Source: an uncultured delta proteobacterium
GTDB taxonomy: Bacteria; Myxococcota; Myxococcia; Myxococcales; Myxococcaceae
Direction: 5' to 3'
NCBI GenBank assembly: GCA_963796055.1
Contig: CAWCKH010000004.1
Span: 704,001-768,000 of the forward strand
DNA length: 64,000 bases
Below the pieces are notes generated by a model that did no database searches, was not told the origin of the DNA, and saw only the letters and a list, made by a program, of their open reading frames with translations. Below are positions 40,765 to 52,077 of this stretch, piece after piece. Numbering within the stretch: position 1 is the first letter of the stretch; each line of letters starts with the position of its first letter. A program made the translations under genes and the position numbers.

Positions 40765-41067
40765 ATGCATGGAATGCCTGGAGTGCAACGGCTCGCGGCG
40801 GTGCTCGGGCTGTGCGGGCTCGCCCTGGGCTGCGGCTCGAAGCTGACCGGGACGTACACCAACGCCACCGGCATCGTGATGCTCGAGCTGAAGTCCGGCG
40901 GGAAGGCCACCATGGGCCTGGGCGGCGACACCAAGGACTGCACCTACACCGAGGACGGGAAACAGATTCACCTGAGCTGCGCCGGCGACAGGATCACCCT
41001 GCGGGTGAACGACGACGGCTCCCTGTTCGCTCCCGGATTCGTCGGGGTGATGAAGAAGTCCAAGTAG
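40765..41067 (+). CDS. small beta-rich lipoprotein
   Basis: GGAGG RBS; lipobox ALGC; GTY..LELKSGGKA..CTYTEDG. Confidence 0.75.
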   Translation: MHGMPGVQRLAAVLGLCGLALGCGSKLTGTYTNATGIVMLELKSGGKATMGLGGDTKDCTYTEDGKQIHLSCAGDRITLRVNDDGSLFAPGFVGVMKKSK

Positions 41068-41139
41068 CGAGACGCTCCCCGTCGACCGGTGCGCCGTGCG
41101 ATGCTCCTCGGCAGGGGGAGAACGTGTCACGGACATCGG

Positions 41140-41437
41140 CTGCTCACGGCGTCCCGCTTGCGGTCCTCCCCGGGGTATTCGGCGTACCTCGTTGACACCT
41201 CGACCGGCCGGGCAATCTCTGCTTGCTGCATCGCCGGCCCACTCTTCCCTGAGCCCGATGGCGGATTGCGGGCCAGCCTGCGATCCCAGCCTGCCTGTCC
41301 AGGTCCACGAGCTTCGCTCCCCCTACGGAGGGGGAAGCTGCCCCGAGCTTGCGGAGTACGGCGACGGCAGATGGATCTGCGAGGCGGTTTCCTTCGACGG
41401 GGGCATCCTCTGGACCAGCGGGTTCTGCCAGGATTGA
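41140..41437 (+). pseudogene. frameshifted, 5'-truncated paralog of the downstream Cys-rich lipoprotein
   Basis: SACCIAGPLFPEPDGG | CGPACD..PYGGGSCPELAEYG..C..DGGILWTSGFCQD aligns with 41484-41876; extra T at 41266-41267. Confidence 0.75.
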
Positions 41438-41483
41438 AGCCATGAACTTGATGGTGAAGTCGCTGCCCGAGGGAACGGTGCCG

Positions 41484-41876
41484 ATGCGCCTCGGGCGTGC
41501 GACGCTGGTCCTCGGCGTCCTCGGCATCGCAACCGCCTGCTCGAGCAATCCACGCTGCACGGTCCCGGTCGGGACGCCAATCGACAGCCTCCCCGTGACC
41601 CAATTCGTCGGCCACAGCTATCTCACTTACGGAAGCGATGGGCGGATCGTCGGCACCGATTCTTGCTGCGCAGGAGGCCCTCGCTTCCCCTTCCCGGACG
41701 GCGGATGCGGCGAGGTCTGCGACGGTCAACTCCGAAGCGACGACTACCTTCTGGGGCTTCCCTACGGGACCGGCGCTTGCCCCGATGAGGCGGAGTACGG
41801 GAGCGGTGAGTACGAGTGCTTCGTCTGGACCCTGGACGGCGGGGTGGTCCTCTCGAGCGGTGTCTGCGTCGATTGA
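41484..41876 (+). CDS. Cys-rich lipoprotein
   Basis: Lipobox ATAC; 8 further cysteines; alternative ATG at 41442. Confidence 0.75.
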   Translation: MRLGRATLVLGVLGIATACSSNPRCTVPVGTPIDSLPVTQFVGHSYLTYGSDGRIVGTDSCCAGGPRFPFPDGGCGEVCDGQLRSDDYLLGLPYGTGACPDEAEYGSGEYECFVWTLDGGVVLSSGVCVD

Positions 41877-41891
41877 GGCGAACGGCGGCCG

Positions 41892-42659
41892 TCAGTCGGA
41901 GACCAGGAGCGAGAGCGCCTCGTGGACGGCCTCGGGGAAGACCTCGTGCTCGCCCGGGAGCTCGCGGAAGACCACCCGGTACCCGGCCGAGCGGAGCGCA
42001 GGGACGATGGCCCGGCTGGAGGAGGCGATGGGCACCAGCCCGTCCTGGAGGCCGTGGGCGACGAGGAAGCGCGGGTGCCCCACCCGGCCGGTGACCGCGA
42101 TGCCCGTCGGAGAGAAGGCGAACACCCAGCCGAAGAGGTCGCCATTCGACGTTCCGAGCGAGAGCGCCATCGTGGCCCCGGCCGAGAATCCGCCGAGCGC
42201 GATGTGGCCAGCGTCCACCGACACGCGGTGGAAGGTCTCGGCGAGCGCCGCGTCGAGGAAGCGGCGGTCCTCTCCGAAGTCGCCGAGCTGGTAGTCCCAG
42301 CTCCAGCCGCGGCTGTCCGGCATCAGCACCGCCACCCCGTGCTCCTCGGCGTCGCTCTTGACGGTCGGCCAGATGCGCCCCGCCGAGCCCCCCGCCCCGT
42401 GCAGCATGACCAGAAGGGCGACGGGGTGTGAGCGCGCGGTCACCGGGACGAAGAGGAGCCCGTCGCGCGCCGCCCCGAGGCCGAGATGTCGAAGCCCCGG
42501 TTCGGCCGGATGGAAACCTGGCTCCGGCCGGGCATGGAGTCGGACGGTCTCGGGAGCCGGTCCGGTCTCGATGCGGACGTTTGGAGGGGGGCCGCCCGCG
42601 CAGCCGGCCAGGACGAGGGCGAGGAGAGCGCTCCGGGGCGGCACGTCCGGCAGTTTCAC
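41892..42659 (-). CDS. alpha/beta hydrolase (phospholipase/carboxylesterase family), lipoprotein
   Basis: LAGC lipobox, LHGAGG, GFSAG nucleophile, HG..D..VP, GEH; start codon uncertain. Confidence 0.85.
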   Translation of the reverse strand: MKLPDVPPRSALLALVLAGCAGGPPPNVRIETGPAPETVRLHARPEPGFHPAEPGLRHLGLGAARDGLLFVPVTARSHPVALLVMLHGAGGSAGRIWPTVKSDAEEHGVAVLMPDSRGWSWDYQLGDFGEDRRFLDAALAETFHRVSVDAGHIALGGFSAGATMALSLGTSNGDLFGWVFAFSPTGIAVTGRVGHPRFLVAHGLQDGLVPIASSSRAIVPALRSAGYRVVFRELPGEHEVFPEAVHEALSLLVSD

Positions 42660-42800
42660 CACGCCCGCGGGCCGCCGGGGGACGGCTGACGGATGCTGGT
42701 GGTCCATTCGCTGCCCCGGCCGGCTGATCGGACGAGCGGAGGGGCCGGGAAATGGCTAGATCGTCGACACGGGCAGCCCCCTGCCCCCGGGAGAGCGCAC

Positions 42801-44531
42801 CTGAAAGACCTGTCCGGGAACACCCTCGGCCTCAAGCCAAGCGAGCTGCAGCAACTCCGCAACACCTACCGCCGCCGGGTCTCCCCGCACGAGATCGTCA
42901 GCGCCGAGCTGGCCCGGCATCTCACCGAGCTCTCGCTGCAGACGAATCGCCAGCTCGGAGTGCTGCTGAACCGCAAGGGCGAGGTGGAACGGGTGGTGGT
43001 GGGGAACGCCCACAAGCTCGAGCTCCCGGACATCGGCCGAGCCCGCGCCGGTCAGGTACGCCTCCGCGGTCTGCGGCTGGTCCACACCCACCTCAAGTCC
43101 GAGCCTCTCACCCGGGACGACCTCACCGACCTCGCGCTGCTCCGGCTGGACCTGGTGGCCGCCGTCGGGGTCCGCCCGGACGGGCTTCCCGGGGTGCTTC
43201 ACTTCGCACACCTGGTCCCGGCGAACGGCGACGGGAGCTTCTGGCGGACGGAGACCTTGCCCTCGGTGCACGGACCGCAGCCGGACCTCGCGGCCACCCT
43301 CAGCGCGCTGGAGGACGAGCTGGCACAGGGGACCCTGTCACGCACCGTGTCCGGGCGCGAGCGGGCGATGCTGGTGGGCGTGTCGCTCGACGGCCAGCGC
43401 GGCCGCGCCGAGGCATCGCTCACCGAGCTTCGCGAGCTGGCCCGGACCGCCGGGGTGGAGGTCCTCGACTCGGTGCTGCAGATGCGGCGCGAACCCGACC
43501 CGCGCTACCTCATCGGCCGCGGCAAGCTGGAGGAGCTGAATCTCAAATCGATGCAGCTCGGAGCGGACCTCCTGGTCTTCGACCGCGACCTCAGCCCGTC
43601 GCAGAGCCGGCACATCGCGGAAGAGACCAGTCTCAAGGTCCTGGACCGCACCCAGCTCATCCTCGACATCTTCGCCCAGCGCGCGCAGAGCGCCGACGGC
43701 AAGCTTCAAGTGGAGCTGGCCCAGCTGAAGTACCTCCTCCCGCGGCTGGCCCAGAGCGACGACTCGCTCTCCCGCCTTGCGGGCGGGATCGGTGGGCGCG
43801 GCCCCGGTGAGACCAAGCTGGAGATCGATCGCCGGCGGGTGCGCGACCGCATCGCCCATCTCGAGCGGCGCATCGAGCACCTCTCGCGCGAGCGCCAGGT
43901 CCGTCGGGGCCGGCGTGAGCGCCGCGAGCTGCCGGTCGTCTCCATCGTCGGCTACACCAACGCCGGCAAGTCCACCCTGCTCAATGCGCTGACCCACAGC
44001 GAGGTGTTGACGGAGAACAAGCTGTTCGCCACCCTCGACCCGACCAGCAGGCGGCTCCGCTTCCCCGAGGAGCGTGAGGTGATCATCACCGACACGGTGG
44101 GCTTCATCCGGGACCTTCCGCCCGATCTGGTGGCCGCCTTCCGCGCCACGCTCGAGGAGCTGGACGACGCCTCGTTGCTCCTGCACGTGGTGGACGCCTC
44201 GGACCCGGCGCACGACGCCCAGGTCGAGGCGGTGGAGCAGATCCTCGGGACGCTGGGCCTGCTCTCCAAGCCCCGCATCCTGGTGTGGAACAAGGCGGAC
44301 CGGATCGACCCCGAGCTGGCCAGGACACTCGTCCGCACGCGCGGCGGGGTGGCGATCAGCGCGATCGGGGGTCAGGGGCTCGAGGTGCTGCTGCACAAGG
44401 CGGACCGGACGTTGTTCGCCGAGGGTGCTTCGGACGAGCTCGGTGCGCTGGTCGCTCCGTTGCGCCGCCCCGAGGCGGCCGAGAGCCCGGCCGAGCTCCC
44501 CCTGGCCGAGGCCGCCGCCGCCGGTCGCTGA
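42801..44531 (+). CDS. hflX: ribosome-splitting GTPase HflX (long N-terminal form)
   Basis: [45 protein letters not shown]; start uncertain (CTG 42801 or ATG 42693). Confidence 0.95.
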   Translation: MKDLSGNTLGLKPSELQQLRNTYRRRVSPHEIVSAELARHLTELSLQTNRQLGVLLNRKGEVERVVVGNAHKLELPDIGRARAGQVRLRGLRLVHTHLKSEPLTRDDLTDLALLRLDLVAAVGVRPDGLPGVLHFAHLVPANGDGSFWRTETLPSVHGPQPDLAATLSALEDELAQGTLSRTVSGRERAMLVGVSLDGQRGRAEASLTELRELARTAGVEVLDSVLQMRREPDPRYLIGRGKLEELNLKSMQLGADLLVFDRDLSPSQSRHIAEETSLKVLDRTQLILDIFAQRAQSADGKLQVELAQLKYLLPRLAQSDDSLSRLAGGIGGRGPGETKLEIDRRRVRDRIAHLERRIEHLSRERQVRRGRRERRELPVVSIVGYTNAGKSTLLNALTHSEVLTENKLFATLDPTSRRLRFPEEREVIITDTVGFIRDLPPDLVAAFRATLEELDDASLLLHVVDASDPAHDAQVEAVEQILGTLGLLSKPRILVWNKADRIDPELARTLVRTRGGVAISAIGGQGLEVLLHKADRTLFAEGASDELGALVAPLRRPEAAESPAELPLAEAAAAGR

Positions 44532-44771
44532 GCGCTGGAGGCGCCCAACCGCTCTGCGAGACTCGATCGCGCACTGCGTCGCAACGTCCTGCACTGCAAG
44601 GGCGCGCTCGATCCAACCCGCCCCCGGACCGCGCAATTCTTGCACGTGGTGGGCGGAGCGGACGGGTTGGTTGCCTGCCGGTCGCGCGTTTTCCCTTTGC
44701 GCTCCAGCGTCAGGCGGCCGAGATTGCGGCGCTCGTCGAAGGCCAACCCCTCTCACGAGAGGCGGTCTCAC

Positions 44772-46403
44772 ATGACGTGGACCCAGAATTACGATCCGCT
44801 CGGGAACCTGTTCCTCTCGGCAGTGGTCGCTGCGCTTCCGGTCATCGTCCTCCTCGGGTCGCTGGCCTTCCTCCACGTGAAGGCCCACATCGCGGCGTTG
44901 CTCGGGCTCGCCACCGCGCTCCTGGTGGCCATCGTGGTCTTCCACATGCCGGCGGTGATGGCGGTGGCCGCCGCGGGGAACGGAGCGGCGTTCGGGCTCT
45001 TCCCGATCGGGTGGATCGTCCTCAATGCCATCTTCGTCTACGACATCTCGGTCGGGACCGGGCAGTTCGAGGTGGTGAAGCACACCATCGCCAACCTGGC
45101 CGCTGACCGGCGGATCCAGATCCTGCTGATCGGCTTCTCGTTCGGCGCCTTCATCGAGGGTGCGGCAGGGTTCGGCACCCCGGTCGCCATCTGCGCCGCG
45201 ATGCTCATCGGGCTGGGTTTCAAGCCGCTCGCCGCCGCAGGCCTCTCGCTCATCGGCAACACCGCCCCGGTGGCCTACGGCGCCCTTGGCACGCCGGTCA
45301 TCACCCTCGCCGCGGTCACCGGGCTGCCACTGGACAAGCTCAGTGCCATGGTCGGCAGGCAGCTGCCCTTCTTCTCGGTCATCGTGCCGTTCTGGCTCGT
45401 CTGGGCGATGGCCGGATTCGCCGGGATGGTCGAGATCTGGCCCGCCTGCCTGGTCGCGGGCCTCTTCTTCGCCATCCCCCAGTACATCGTCTCCAACCAC
45501 TTCGGCCCGGCACTGGTGGACATCATCGCGGCGATGGTCAGCATCGGCGCGACGTACGCGCTGCTCCGCTTCTGGCAGCCGAAGAAGATCTGGAGGTTCG
45601 AGGGCGAGGCGGACCACGTGGCCACGGCCGAGACGACGCCGACCACCGCCGCAGCCTGGCGCGCCTGGATGCCCTGGCTCATCCTCTCGGGGCTGGTGTT
45701 CGCCTGGGGCTACCCCGATATCAAGAATGCGCTGAACAAGGTCTCCATGCCTTCGGTGGAGGTGCCTTACCTCCACAACATGGTTCTGAAGTCCGAACCG
45801 ATCGTGCACAAGCCGACGCCCGAGGCGGCCAAGTACGTCTTCAACTGGGTGAGCGCCACCGGGACCGCGCTGCTGCTCACCGGCATCATCTCCGGGCTCA
45901 TGCTCGGGCTGAAGCCCAAGCAGCTGCTGCAGTACTACGTGCACACGCTCCGGCGCGTGCGCTTCTCTCTGCTCACCATCGCCGCGATGCTCGCCCTGGG
46001 GTTCACCACCCGGTACTCGGGCTCTGACGCGAGCATGGGACTGGCGTTCGCTGCCACCGGCAGCCTGTTCCCATTCTTCTCACCCATGCTCGGCTGGCTG
46101 GGCGTGGCGTTGACCGGCAGCGACACATCCTCCAACGTGCTCTTCGGCAATCTCCAAAAGGTCTCCGCCCAGCAGCTGGGGCTCAACCCGATCCTCACCT
46201 GCGCCGCGAACAGCTCAGGCGGAGTGATGGGAAAGATGATCGATGCCCAGAGCATCGTGGTCGCCGGCGTGGCGACCAAGCAGGAAGGCCACGAGGGGGA
46301 GATCCTGCGTTACGTCTTCTTTCACAGCCTGGCGCTGGCCGCCCTGGTGGGCGTCCTGGTCATGCTCCAGGCCTACGTCTTCCCGGGCATCATCCCCAAG
46401 TAA
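44772..46403 (+). CDS. lctP: L-lactate/glycolate permease (LctP/GlcA family)
   Basis: [46 protein letters not shown]. Confidence 0.93.
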   Translation: MTWTQNYDPLGNLFLSAVVAALPVIVLLGSLAFLHVKAHIAALLGLATALLVAIVVFHMPAVMAVAAAGNGAAFGLFPIGWIVLNAIFVYDISVGTGQFEVVKHTIANLAADRRIQILLIGFSFGAFIEGAAGFGTPVAICAAMLIGLGFKPLAAAGLSLIGNTAPVAYGALGTPVITLAAVTGLPLDKLSAMVGRQLPFFSVIVPFWLVWAMAGFAGMVEIWPACLVAGLFFAIPQYIVSNHFGPALVDIIAAMVSIGATYALLRFWQPKKIWRFEGEADHVATAETTPTTAAAWRAWMPWLILSGLVFAWGYPDIKNALNKVSMPSVEVPYLHNMVLKSEPIVHKPTPEAAKYVFNWVSATGTALLLTGIISGLMLGLKPKQLLQYYVHTLRRVRFSLLTIAAMLALGFTTRYSGSDASMGLAFAATGSLFPFFSPMLGWLGVALTGSDTSSNVLFGNLQKVSAQQLGLNPILTCAANSSGGVMGKMIDAQSIVVAGVATKQEGHEGEILRYVFFHSLALAALVGVLVMLQAYVFPGIIPK

Positions 46404-46412
46404 GGAGCTCCC

Positions 46413-47975
46413 ATGGCCCTCAACGTCCTGACCTCCGCCCCCGAAGGCGCCGAGAAGGTTCTCTCGCGGGACGCGCTGGCCTTCCTCGAATCGCTGCACC
46501 GCCGCTTCGAGACGCGGCGTCAGGAGCTGCTCGCCGCGCGGGCCGAGCGCCAGAAGGCGTTCGACCGCGGTGAGAGCTTCGACTTCCTCCCCTCCACGAA
46601 GTCGATCCGAGGCGGGGACTGGAAGGTGGCCCCGACGCCCAAGGACCTGGAGCGCCGCCACGTGGAGATCACCGGACCCACCGAGCGGAAGATGATGATC
46701 AACGCCCTCAACTCGGGGGCGGACATCTTCATGGCCGACTTCGAGGACTCGCTCTCGCCGTCTTGGCGGAACGTGACAATCGGCCAGCAGAACTGCATCG
46801 ACGCCGTCCGGCGGACCATCGCGCTGGAGACGCCGGAGAAGAAGTACCGGCTGAACGACAAGACCGCGGTGCTCCTGGTGCGCCCGCGGGGCTGGCACCT
46901 TCCGGAGAAGCACGTCACTATCGACGGCACGCCGATCAGCGCCAGCCTCTTCGACTTCGGGCTCTACTTCTTCCACAACGCCCGGGAGCTCCTGGACCGC
47001 GGGACCGGTCCGTACTTCTACCTCCCGAAGCAGGAGAGCCACCTCGAGCCCCGGCTGTGGAACGAGGTGTTCGTCTTTGCTCAGGAGGCGCTGAAGATCC
47101 CGCGGGGCAGCATCCGGGCGACGATGCTGATCGAGACGCTTCCCGCGGCCTTCGAGATGGAGGAGTTCCTCTACGAGCTGCGCGAGCACGCCAGCGGACT
47201 GAACGCCGGCCGCTGGGACTACATGTTCTCCTTCATCAAGAAGTTCCGGAACCGGAAGGACAAGGTGCTCCCGGACCGGGCGCAGGTGACGATGACCGTC
47301 CCCTTCATGCGCGCCTACACCGAGCTGCTGGTCAAGTCGTGCCACACCCACGGCGCGCACGCGATGGGCGGGATGGCCCCCTTCATCCCCAGCCGGAAGA
47401 ACCCCGAGATCAACGAGAAGGCGCTGGCCAAGGTCCGGGAGGACAAGCTGCGCGAGGTGGGCGACGGCTTCGACGGAACCTGGGTGGCGCACCCCGACCT
47501 CGTGCCCACGGCGAAGGAGGTCTTCGACCAGAAGCTGGGGGCGAAGGACAACCAGAAGGATCGCCTGCGCTCCGAGGTGCAGGTGACCGCGGCCCAGCTC
47601 ACCGACCCCACCGTCCCCGGCGGGAAGATCACCGAGCCCGGATTCTGTCTGAACGTCGACGTGGCGCTCCAGTACATCAACTCCTGGCTCCTGGAGAACG
47701 GCGCCGCCGCCATCTACAACCTCATGGAGGACGCGGCGACGGCGGAGATCTCCCGCGCGCAGCTCTGGCAGTGGATCCACCGCGGGGCGAAGCTCGACGA
47801 CGGGCGCGCCGCGACCGAGGACCTGTACCGGACCACCCGCGAGGCCCAGGTCGCTCGCCTGACCGAGGGGGGGCCAGGGCGCTACAAGGAGGCGGCTGAG
47901 ATCCTGGACGGCCTAGTCCTCGCCCCGGAGTTCCCCGAGTTCCTCACCCTGCCCGCCTATCGCTATCTCGACTAG
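46413..47975 (+). CDS. aceB: malate synthase A
   Basis: [49 protein letters not shown]; 520 aa. Confidence 0.97.
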   Translation: MALNVLTSAPEGAEKVLSRDALAFLESLHRRFETRRQELLAARAERQKAFDRGESFDFLPSTKSIRGGDWKVAPTPKDLERRHVEITGPTERKMMINALNSGADIFMADFEDSLSPSWRNVTIGQQNCIDAVRRTIALETPEKKYRLNDKTAVLLVRPRGWHLPEKHVTIDGTPISASLFDFGLYFFHNARELLDRGTGPYFYLPKQESHLEPRLWNEVFVFAQEALKIPRGSIRATMLIETLPAAFEMEEFLYELREHASGLNAGRWDYMFSFIKKFRNRKDKVLPDRAQVTMTVPFMRAYTELLVKSCHTHGAHAMGGMAPFIPSRKNPEINEKALAKVREDKLREVGDGFDGTWVAHPDLVPTAKEVFDQKLGAKDNQKDRLRSEVQVTAAQLTDPTVPGGKITEPGFCLNVDVALQYINSWLLENGAAAIYNLMEDAATAEISRAQLWQWIHRGAKLDDGRAATEDLYRTTREAQVARLTEGGPGRYKEAAEILDGLVLAPEFPEFLTLPAYRYLD

Positions 47976-47985
47976 GGTCGGGGCC

Positions 47986-49485
47986 ATGTCCTCGCCGTCG
48001 CTGGTCACCCCCGCACCGGCCGTCGAGCCGATCCCCGCTCCCCCGAGCGTGATCGACCGGCTGATCGCGGTGGTCGGCGAGCGCAATGTGATCCGCGAGC
48101 CGGTGGACCTGCGCACCTACGAGTGCGACGCGCTCACCAGCTTCCGCGCTGCCCCGAGCGTGGTGGTGCTCCCGGCGTCGACCGAGGAGGTCGCGGCGGC
48201 GGTGCGCATCGCGGTGGAGGCGGGGATGCCCATCGTCCCCCGCGGCGCCGGCACCGGGCTGTCGGGCGGAGCGCTCCCGGTCCCGGGCTGCATGCTGCTC
48301 GGGCTCTCGCGGATGAAGCGCATCCTGGAGGTGGACCTCGAGAACGGGTGGATCCGCGTCCAGCCGGGGGTCATCAACCTCGACGTGAGCAAGGAGATCT
48401 CCGCCTCCGGCTACTACTACGCACCGGATCCTTCCTCGCAGGGCGTGTGCACCATCGGCGGAAACGTGGCCGAGAACTCCGGAGGCGCGCACTGCCTCAA
48501 GTACGGCTTCACGGTGAACCACGTGCGCGGCGTCCGGCTGGTGACTGCTTCCGGCGAGGTGCTGGACATCGGCGGGCCGGTGCTGGACTCGCCGGGCTAC
48601 GACCTGCTCGGGGTGGTGGTGGGGAGCGAGGGCACGCTGGGGATCGTCACCGAGGTCGTGCTCCGCGTCCTCCGGAAGCCGGAGGCGACGCGGACGTTCT
48701 TCGCCACCTTCCCCTCCACCGACGAGGCGGGGGCCTGCGTCTCGGAGATCATCGGCACCGGCATCGTCCCCGCGGCGATCGAGATGATGGACCGGCTCGC
48801 CATCCAGGCGGCGGTCGCGGCGACGGGGGTCGACTGGCCGGACGTGGGCGCGGCGCTGCTGATGGACGTGGACGGCTGCGCGGCCGAAACCGAGCACACC
48901 GCGGAGGTGGCGGTGGCCATCGCCCGCCGCACCGGCGCCCTCGAGGTCCGGGTCCCGAAGAACGACGACGAGCGGATGCTGATGTGGAAGGGCCGGAAGA
49001 GCGCCTTCGCCGCGATGGGCCGGCTCGCGCCCAACTACATCGTGCAGGACGGGGTCATCCCCCGGAAGGACATCGCCCGGGTGCTGGCGGAGATCGCCCG
49101 CCTCTCCCAGGAGCAGGGACTCCGGGTGGCCAACGTCTTCCACGCCGGCGACGGGAACCTGCACCCGCTGGTGCTCTACGACGCCAAGGTGCCTGGCCAG
49201 GAGCACGCCGCCGAGGCGCTGGCCGGGGAGATTCTCCGGATCTGCATTCGCTACGGCGGCTCCATCACCGGCGAGCACGGCGTGGGAGCGGACAAGGCAC
49301 CCTTCATGGCGGAGATGTTCAGCGAGGCCGACCTGGACACCATGGCGAAGGTGCGCTGCGCGTTCGACCCCGGGACGACGTTCAATCCCAGCAAGGTGTT
49401 CCCCACCCCCCGGCTCTGCGGTGACCGGCCGGGGCCCTACCGCCCGCACGCCGCCGAGCTGGCGGGGCTCGCGGACCGGGGATGA
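47986..49485 (+). CDS. glcD: glycolate oxidase FAD-binding subunit
   Basis: PRGAGTGLSGG, NSGGAHCLKYG, GSEGTLG, HAGDGNLH, GEHGVG. Confidence 0.93.
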   Translation: MSSPSLVTPAPAVEPIPAPPSVIDRLIAVVGERNVIREPVDLRTYECDALTSFRAAPSVVVLPASTEEVAAAVRIAVEAGMPIVPRGAGTGLSGGALPVPGCMLLGLSRMKRILEVDLENGWIRVQPGVINLDVSKEISASGYYYAPDPSSQGVCTIGGNVAENSGGAHCLKYGFTVNHVRGVRLVTASGEVLDIGGPVLDSPGYDLLGVVVGSEGTLGIVTEVVLRVLRKPEATRTFFATFPSTDEAGACVSEIIGTGIVPAAIEMMDRLAIQAAVAATGVDWPDVGAALLMDVDGCAAETEHTAEVAVAIARRTGALEVRVPKNDDERMLMWKGRKSAFAAMGRLAPNYIVQDGVIPRKDIARVLAEIARLSQEQGLRVANVFHAGDGNLHPLVLYDAKVPGQEHAAEALAGEILRICIRYGGSITGEHGVGADKAPFMAEMFSEADLDTMAKVRCAFDPGTTFNPSKVFPTPRLCGDRPGPYRPHAAELAGLADRG

Positions 49486-50724
49486 GCGCCAGCGCCGCGA
49501 GCCTCGAGACGCTGGCCGCGGCCCGGCAGGAACGCCCGGCGACCCTGGCCGAGGCCGCCGAGGTGCTCCGGCGCGCGGATCGGGACGGGGAGCGGCTGCT
49601 CTTCCTCGGCGGCGGCACCGAGCTCTCGCTCGGCGCTCCACCGGTCGGGGTCGAGGTGGTGCTCGGCACCGAGCGGCTGGAGCGCATCGTCGAGCATGCG
49701 CCTCTCGATCAGATCGTCACGGTCGAGGCAGGCGTGCGGCTGGCGTCCCTTCAAGATTCTCCTCGTTCGCTCGGGCCAGATGCTCGCGCTGGATCCGCCC
49801 TGGGCGAGCCAGGCGACCCTGGGAGGGCTGGTGGCGACCAACGCCTTCGGGCCCCGGCGCACGCGGTACGGGAGCATCCGCGACCTCATCATCGGCATTT
49901 CCATCGTCCGGGCCGACGGTACGGAGGCGCGGAGCGGCGGGAAGGTGGTGAAGAACGTCGCCGGCTTCGACCTCCCGAAGCTCATGGTCGGCTCGCTCGG
50001 GACGCTCGGGTTCATCGCCACCGTCACCTTCCGGCTCCACCCGCGCCCCGAGACGGAGAGGACGGTGCTCTTCCCCGACCTGGACGCCGATGCAGTCCGG
50101 CGGGTGGTGCTCGCCATGCGAGAGGCGCAGCTCGAGCCGGGCGCGGGCGCGGCCCTGGTCCATGAGGGTGGCGACGACCTGGGGGTCCGGTTCGATGGGC
50201 GATTCGAGCTGGGCGTCCGCTTCGAGGGGTTTGAGGCGGGGGTGCGGCAGCAGGCGATGAAGCTCCTCGAGCTCGCCACGCGCCAGGGCTGGGGCGCGGA
50301 GTCGCTCGGCGCAGAGACCGCCCGAGCGTTCTGGGCGAGACACGACGACGCGCGCGAGTCCCCCGCCGGGTTCCGGGCCAAGCTGGCCGCGCAGCCGATG
50401 GATCTCGAGCGGGTGGCCAACGCCGCCATCGGCTCGCTCTTCACGGCGCTCGAGGTCCCTCGCTGCGTCTGTTACCCGCTGCTCGGGCTGGCCTTCGTCG
50501 CCGGAGAAGTCCGCGTGCCCGGCCAGGTGGCCGCCGCGGTGGCCGCCGCCCGCGAGGCGCTTCCCCAGGGGAGCGTGGTGCTCGAGGCGGCCGCGCTCGA
50601 GGTGCGGGCCGCGGTGGACGTGTGGGGACCGCGGCCGCCGGCGTTCGCGCTGATGGCCCAGGTGAAGCAGCGGCTGGACCCGGGAAGACGGCTCGCACCC
50701 GGGCGATTCGTGGGCGGACTCTAG
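49482..50724 (+). pseudogene. glcE: glycolate oxidase subunit GlcE, interrupted by a +1 frameshift (real or sequencing error)
   Basis: Frame 1 GGGT..VTVEAGVRLASLQ; frame 2 GQMLALDPP..GGKVVKNVAGFDL..GSLGTLG..LDP....PGR; removing one T at 49757-49758 joins them. Confidence 0.85.
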
Positions 50725-50736
50725 GGAGCGCGGCAG

Positions 50737-52077
50737 ATGCCGGAGCGGGACCTGATCGAGGATTGCGTGCACTGCGGCTTCTGCCTGCCGCACTGCCCGA
50801 CCTACCAGAGCTGGAGCGAGGAGATGGACAGCCCCCGCGGGCGGATCGACCTGATGCGGGGGCTGCGGGACGGGAAGATCTCGATGACCCCGACTGTGGC
50901 CTCGCACTTCGACAGGTGCCTGGGCTGCCTGGCGTGCATGACCGCCTGCCCCTCGGGGGTGAAGTACGACGTCCTCATCGAGGAGACGCGGGCGAAGGTG
51001 GAGCGGACCCATCACCGCCCACTCCGCGAGCGCCTCTTCCGGTGGATGGTGTTCTCCACGTTCCCCTACCCCGCGCGGCTCCGGGTCGTCGGCGCGCTGT
51101 TCCTCCTGTACACGCGCAGCGGGCTGCGCTGGCTGGTGCGCAAGAGCGGCCTCCTCCGGCTGCTCCCGGTGAGCCTCCGGCAGATGGAGGCGATGAGCCC
51201 GGAGGTGGGGTGGAAGGAGCTGACCCGCGCGCTGCCCGAGCGGGTGCCCGCCGCCGGCCCGGCGCGGGCGCGGGTGGGCGTGGTCGCCGGCTGCGTGCAG
51301 CGGGTGTTCTTCCCCGGGGTGAACGACGCCACGCTGCGGGTGCTCGCTGCGGAGGGATGCGAGGTGCTCGTCCCTGCCGGGCAGGGCTGCTGCGGGGCGC
51401 TGTCGATGCACTCGGGCCGGGACGAGGAGTCGCTGCACTTCGCCCGGGCGCTGATGGAGCGCTTCGAGCGCACCCCGGTGGACGCAATCGTCATCAACTC
51501 CGCTGGCTGCGGCTCGCACCTCAAGGACTACGGCCGGCTGTTCCGGAGCGATCCCGCCTGGGCGGAGCGGGCGCGCGCCTTCTCGGCGAAGGTGAAGGAC
51601 GTGCACGAGTTCCTGGCCGCGCTCGGTCCGCCCCGGGCGGTGCGCCATCCCATCGCCGCGCGCGTCGCCTACCACGATGCCTGTCACCTGGCGCACGGAC
51701 AGCGGATCCGCAGCCAGCCCCGGATGCTGCTGCGGAGCATCCCCGGTCTAGAGGTGGTCGACGTGGCCGACGGCGAGCAGTGCTGCGGCAGCGCCGGGAC
51801 CTACAACCTCTTCCAGCCCGAGAGCGCGGACGAGGTCGGGGAGCGCAAGGTGGCGGCAGTCCTCCGGACCCGGGCCGAGCTGCTCGCCTCCGCCAATCCT
51901 GGCTGCACCCTGCACATCCAGCGGCTGCTCAGGGCGAGGGGGACCAATCTCCGCGCCGCGCACCCGGTGGAGATCCTCGATGCCTCCATCCGGGGCGTGG
52001 GGCTGCCCCCCGGAGAGCCGGACCAGAGGAAGGTTCCCCCGGCGCCTGCTCCGGCTCCGGCGACGCACACCGGCTGA
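50737..52077 (+). CDS. glcF: glycolate oxidase iron-sulfur subunit
   Basis: CVHCGFCLPHCP and CLGCLACMTACP 4Fe-4S motifs; two CCG domains. Confidence 0.93.
   Translation: MPERDLIEDCVHCGFCLPHCPTYQSWSEEMDSPRGRIDLMRGLRDGKISMTPTVASHFDRCLGCLACMTACPSGVKYDVLIEETRAKVERTHHRPLRERLFRWMVFSTFPYPARLRVVGALFLLYTRSGLRWLVRKSGLLRLLPVSLRQMEAMSPEVGWKELTRALPERVPAAGPARARVGVVAGCVQRVFFPGVNDATLRVLAAEGCEVLVPAGQGCCGALSMHSGRDEESLHFARALMERFERTPVDAIVINSAGCGSHLKDYGRLFRSDPAWAERARAFSAKVKDVHEFLAALGPPRAVRHPIAARVAYHDACHLAHGQRIRSQPRMLLRSIPGLEVVDVADGEQCCGSAGTYNLFQPESADEVGERKVAAVLRTRAELLASANPGCTLHIQRLLRARGTNLRAAHPVEILDASIRGVGLPPGEPDQRKVPPAPAPAPATHTG

Noticed and set aside
43338..45944. Long antisense or alternate-frame ORFs (also 2867-5242, 7621-9462, 12197-14074, 19137-21176, 32852-35455 and many more)
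   Set aside because: Shadows of real genes caused by high GC3; they are Arg/Gly/Pro/His-rich, have no recognisable motifs and fully overlap well-supported CDSs.
49741..49790. Programmed ribosomal frameshift in glcE
   Set aside because: No recognisable slippery sequence, and I know of no precedent in this family; an indel is simpler.
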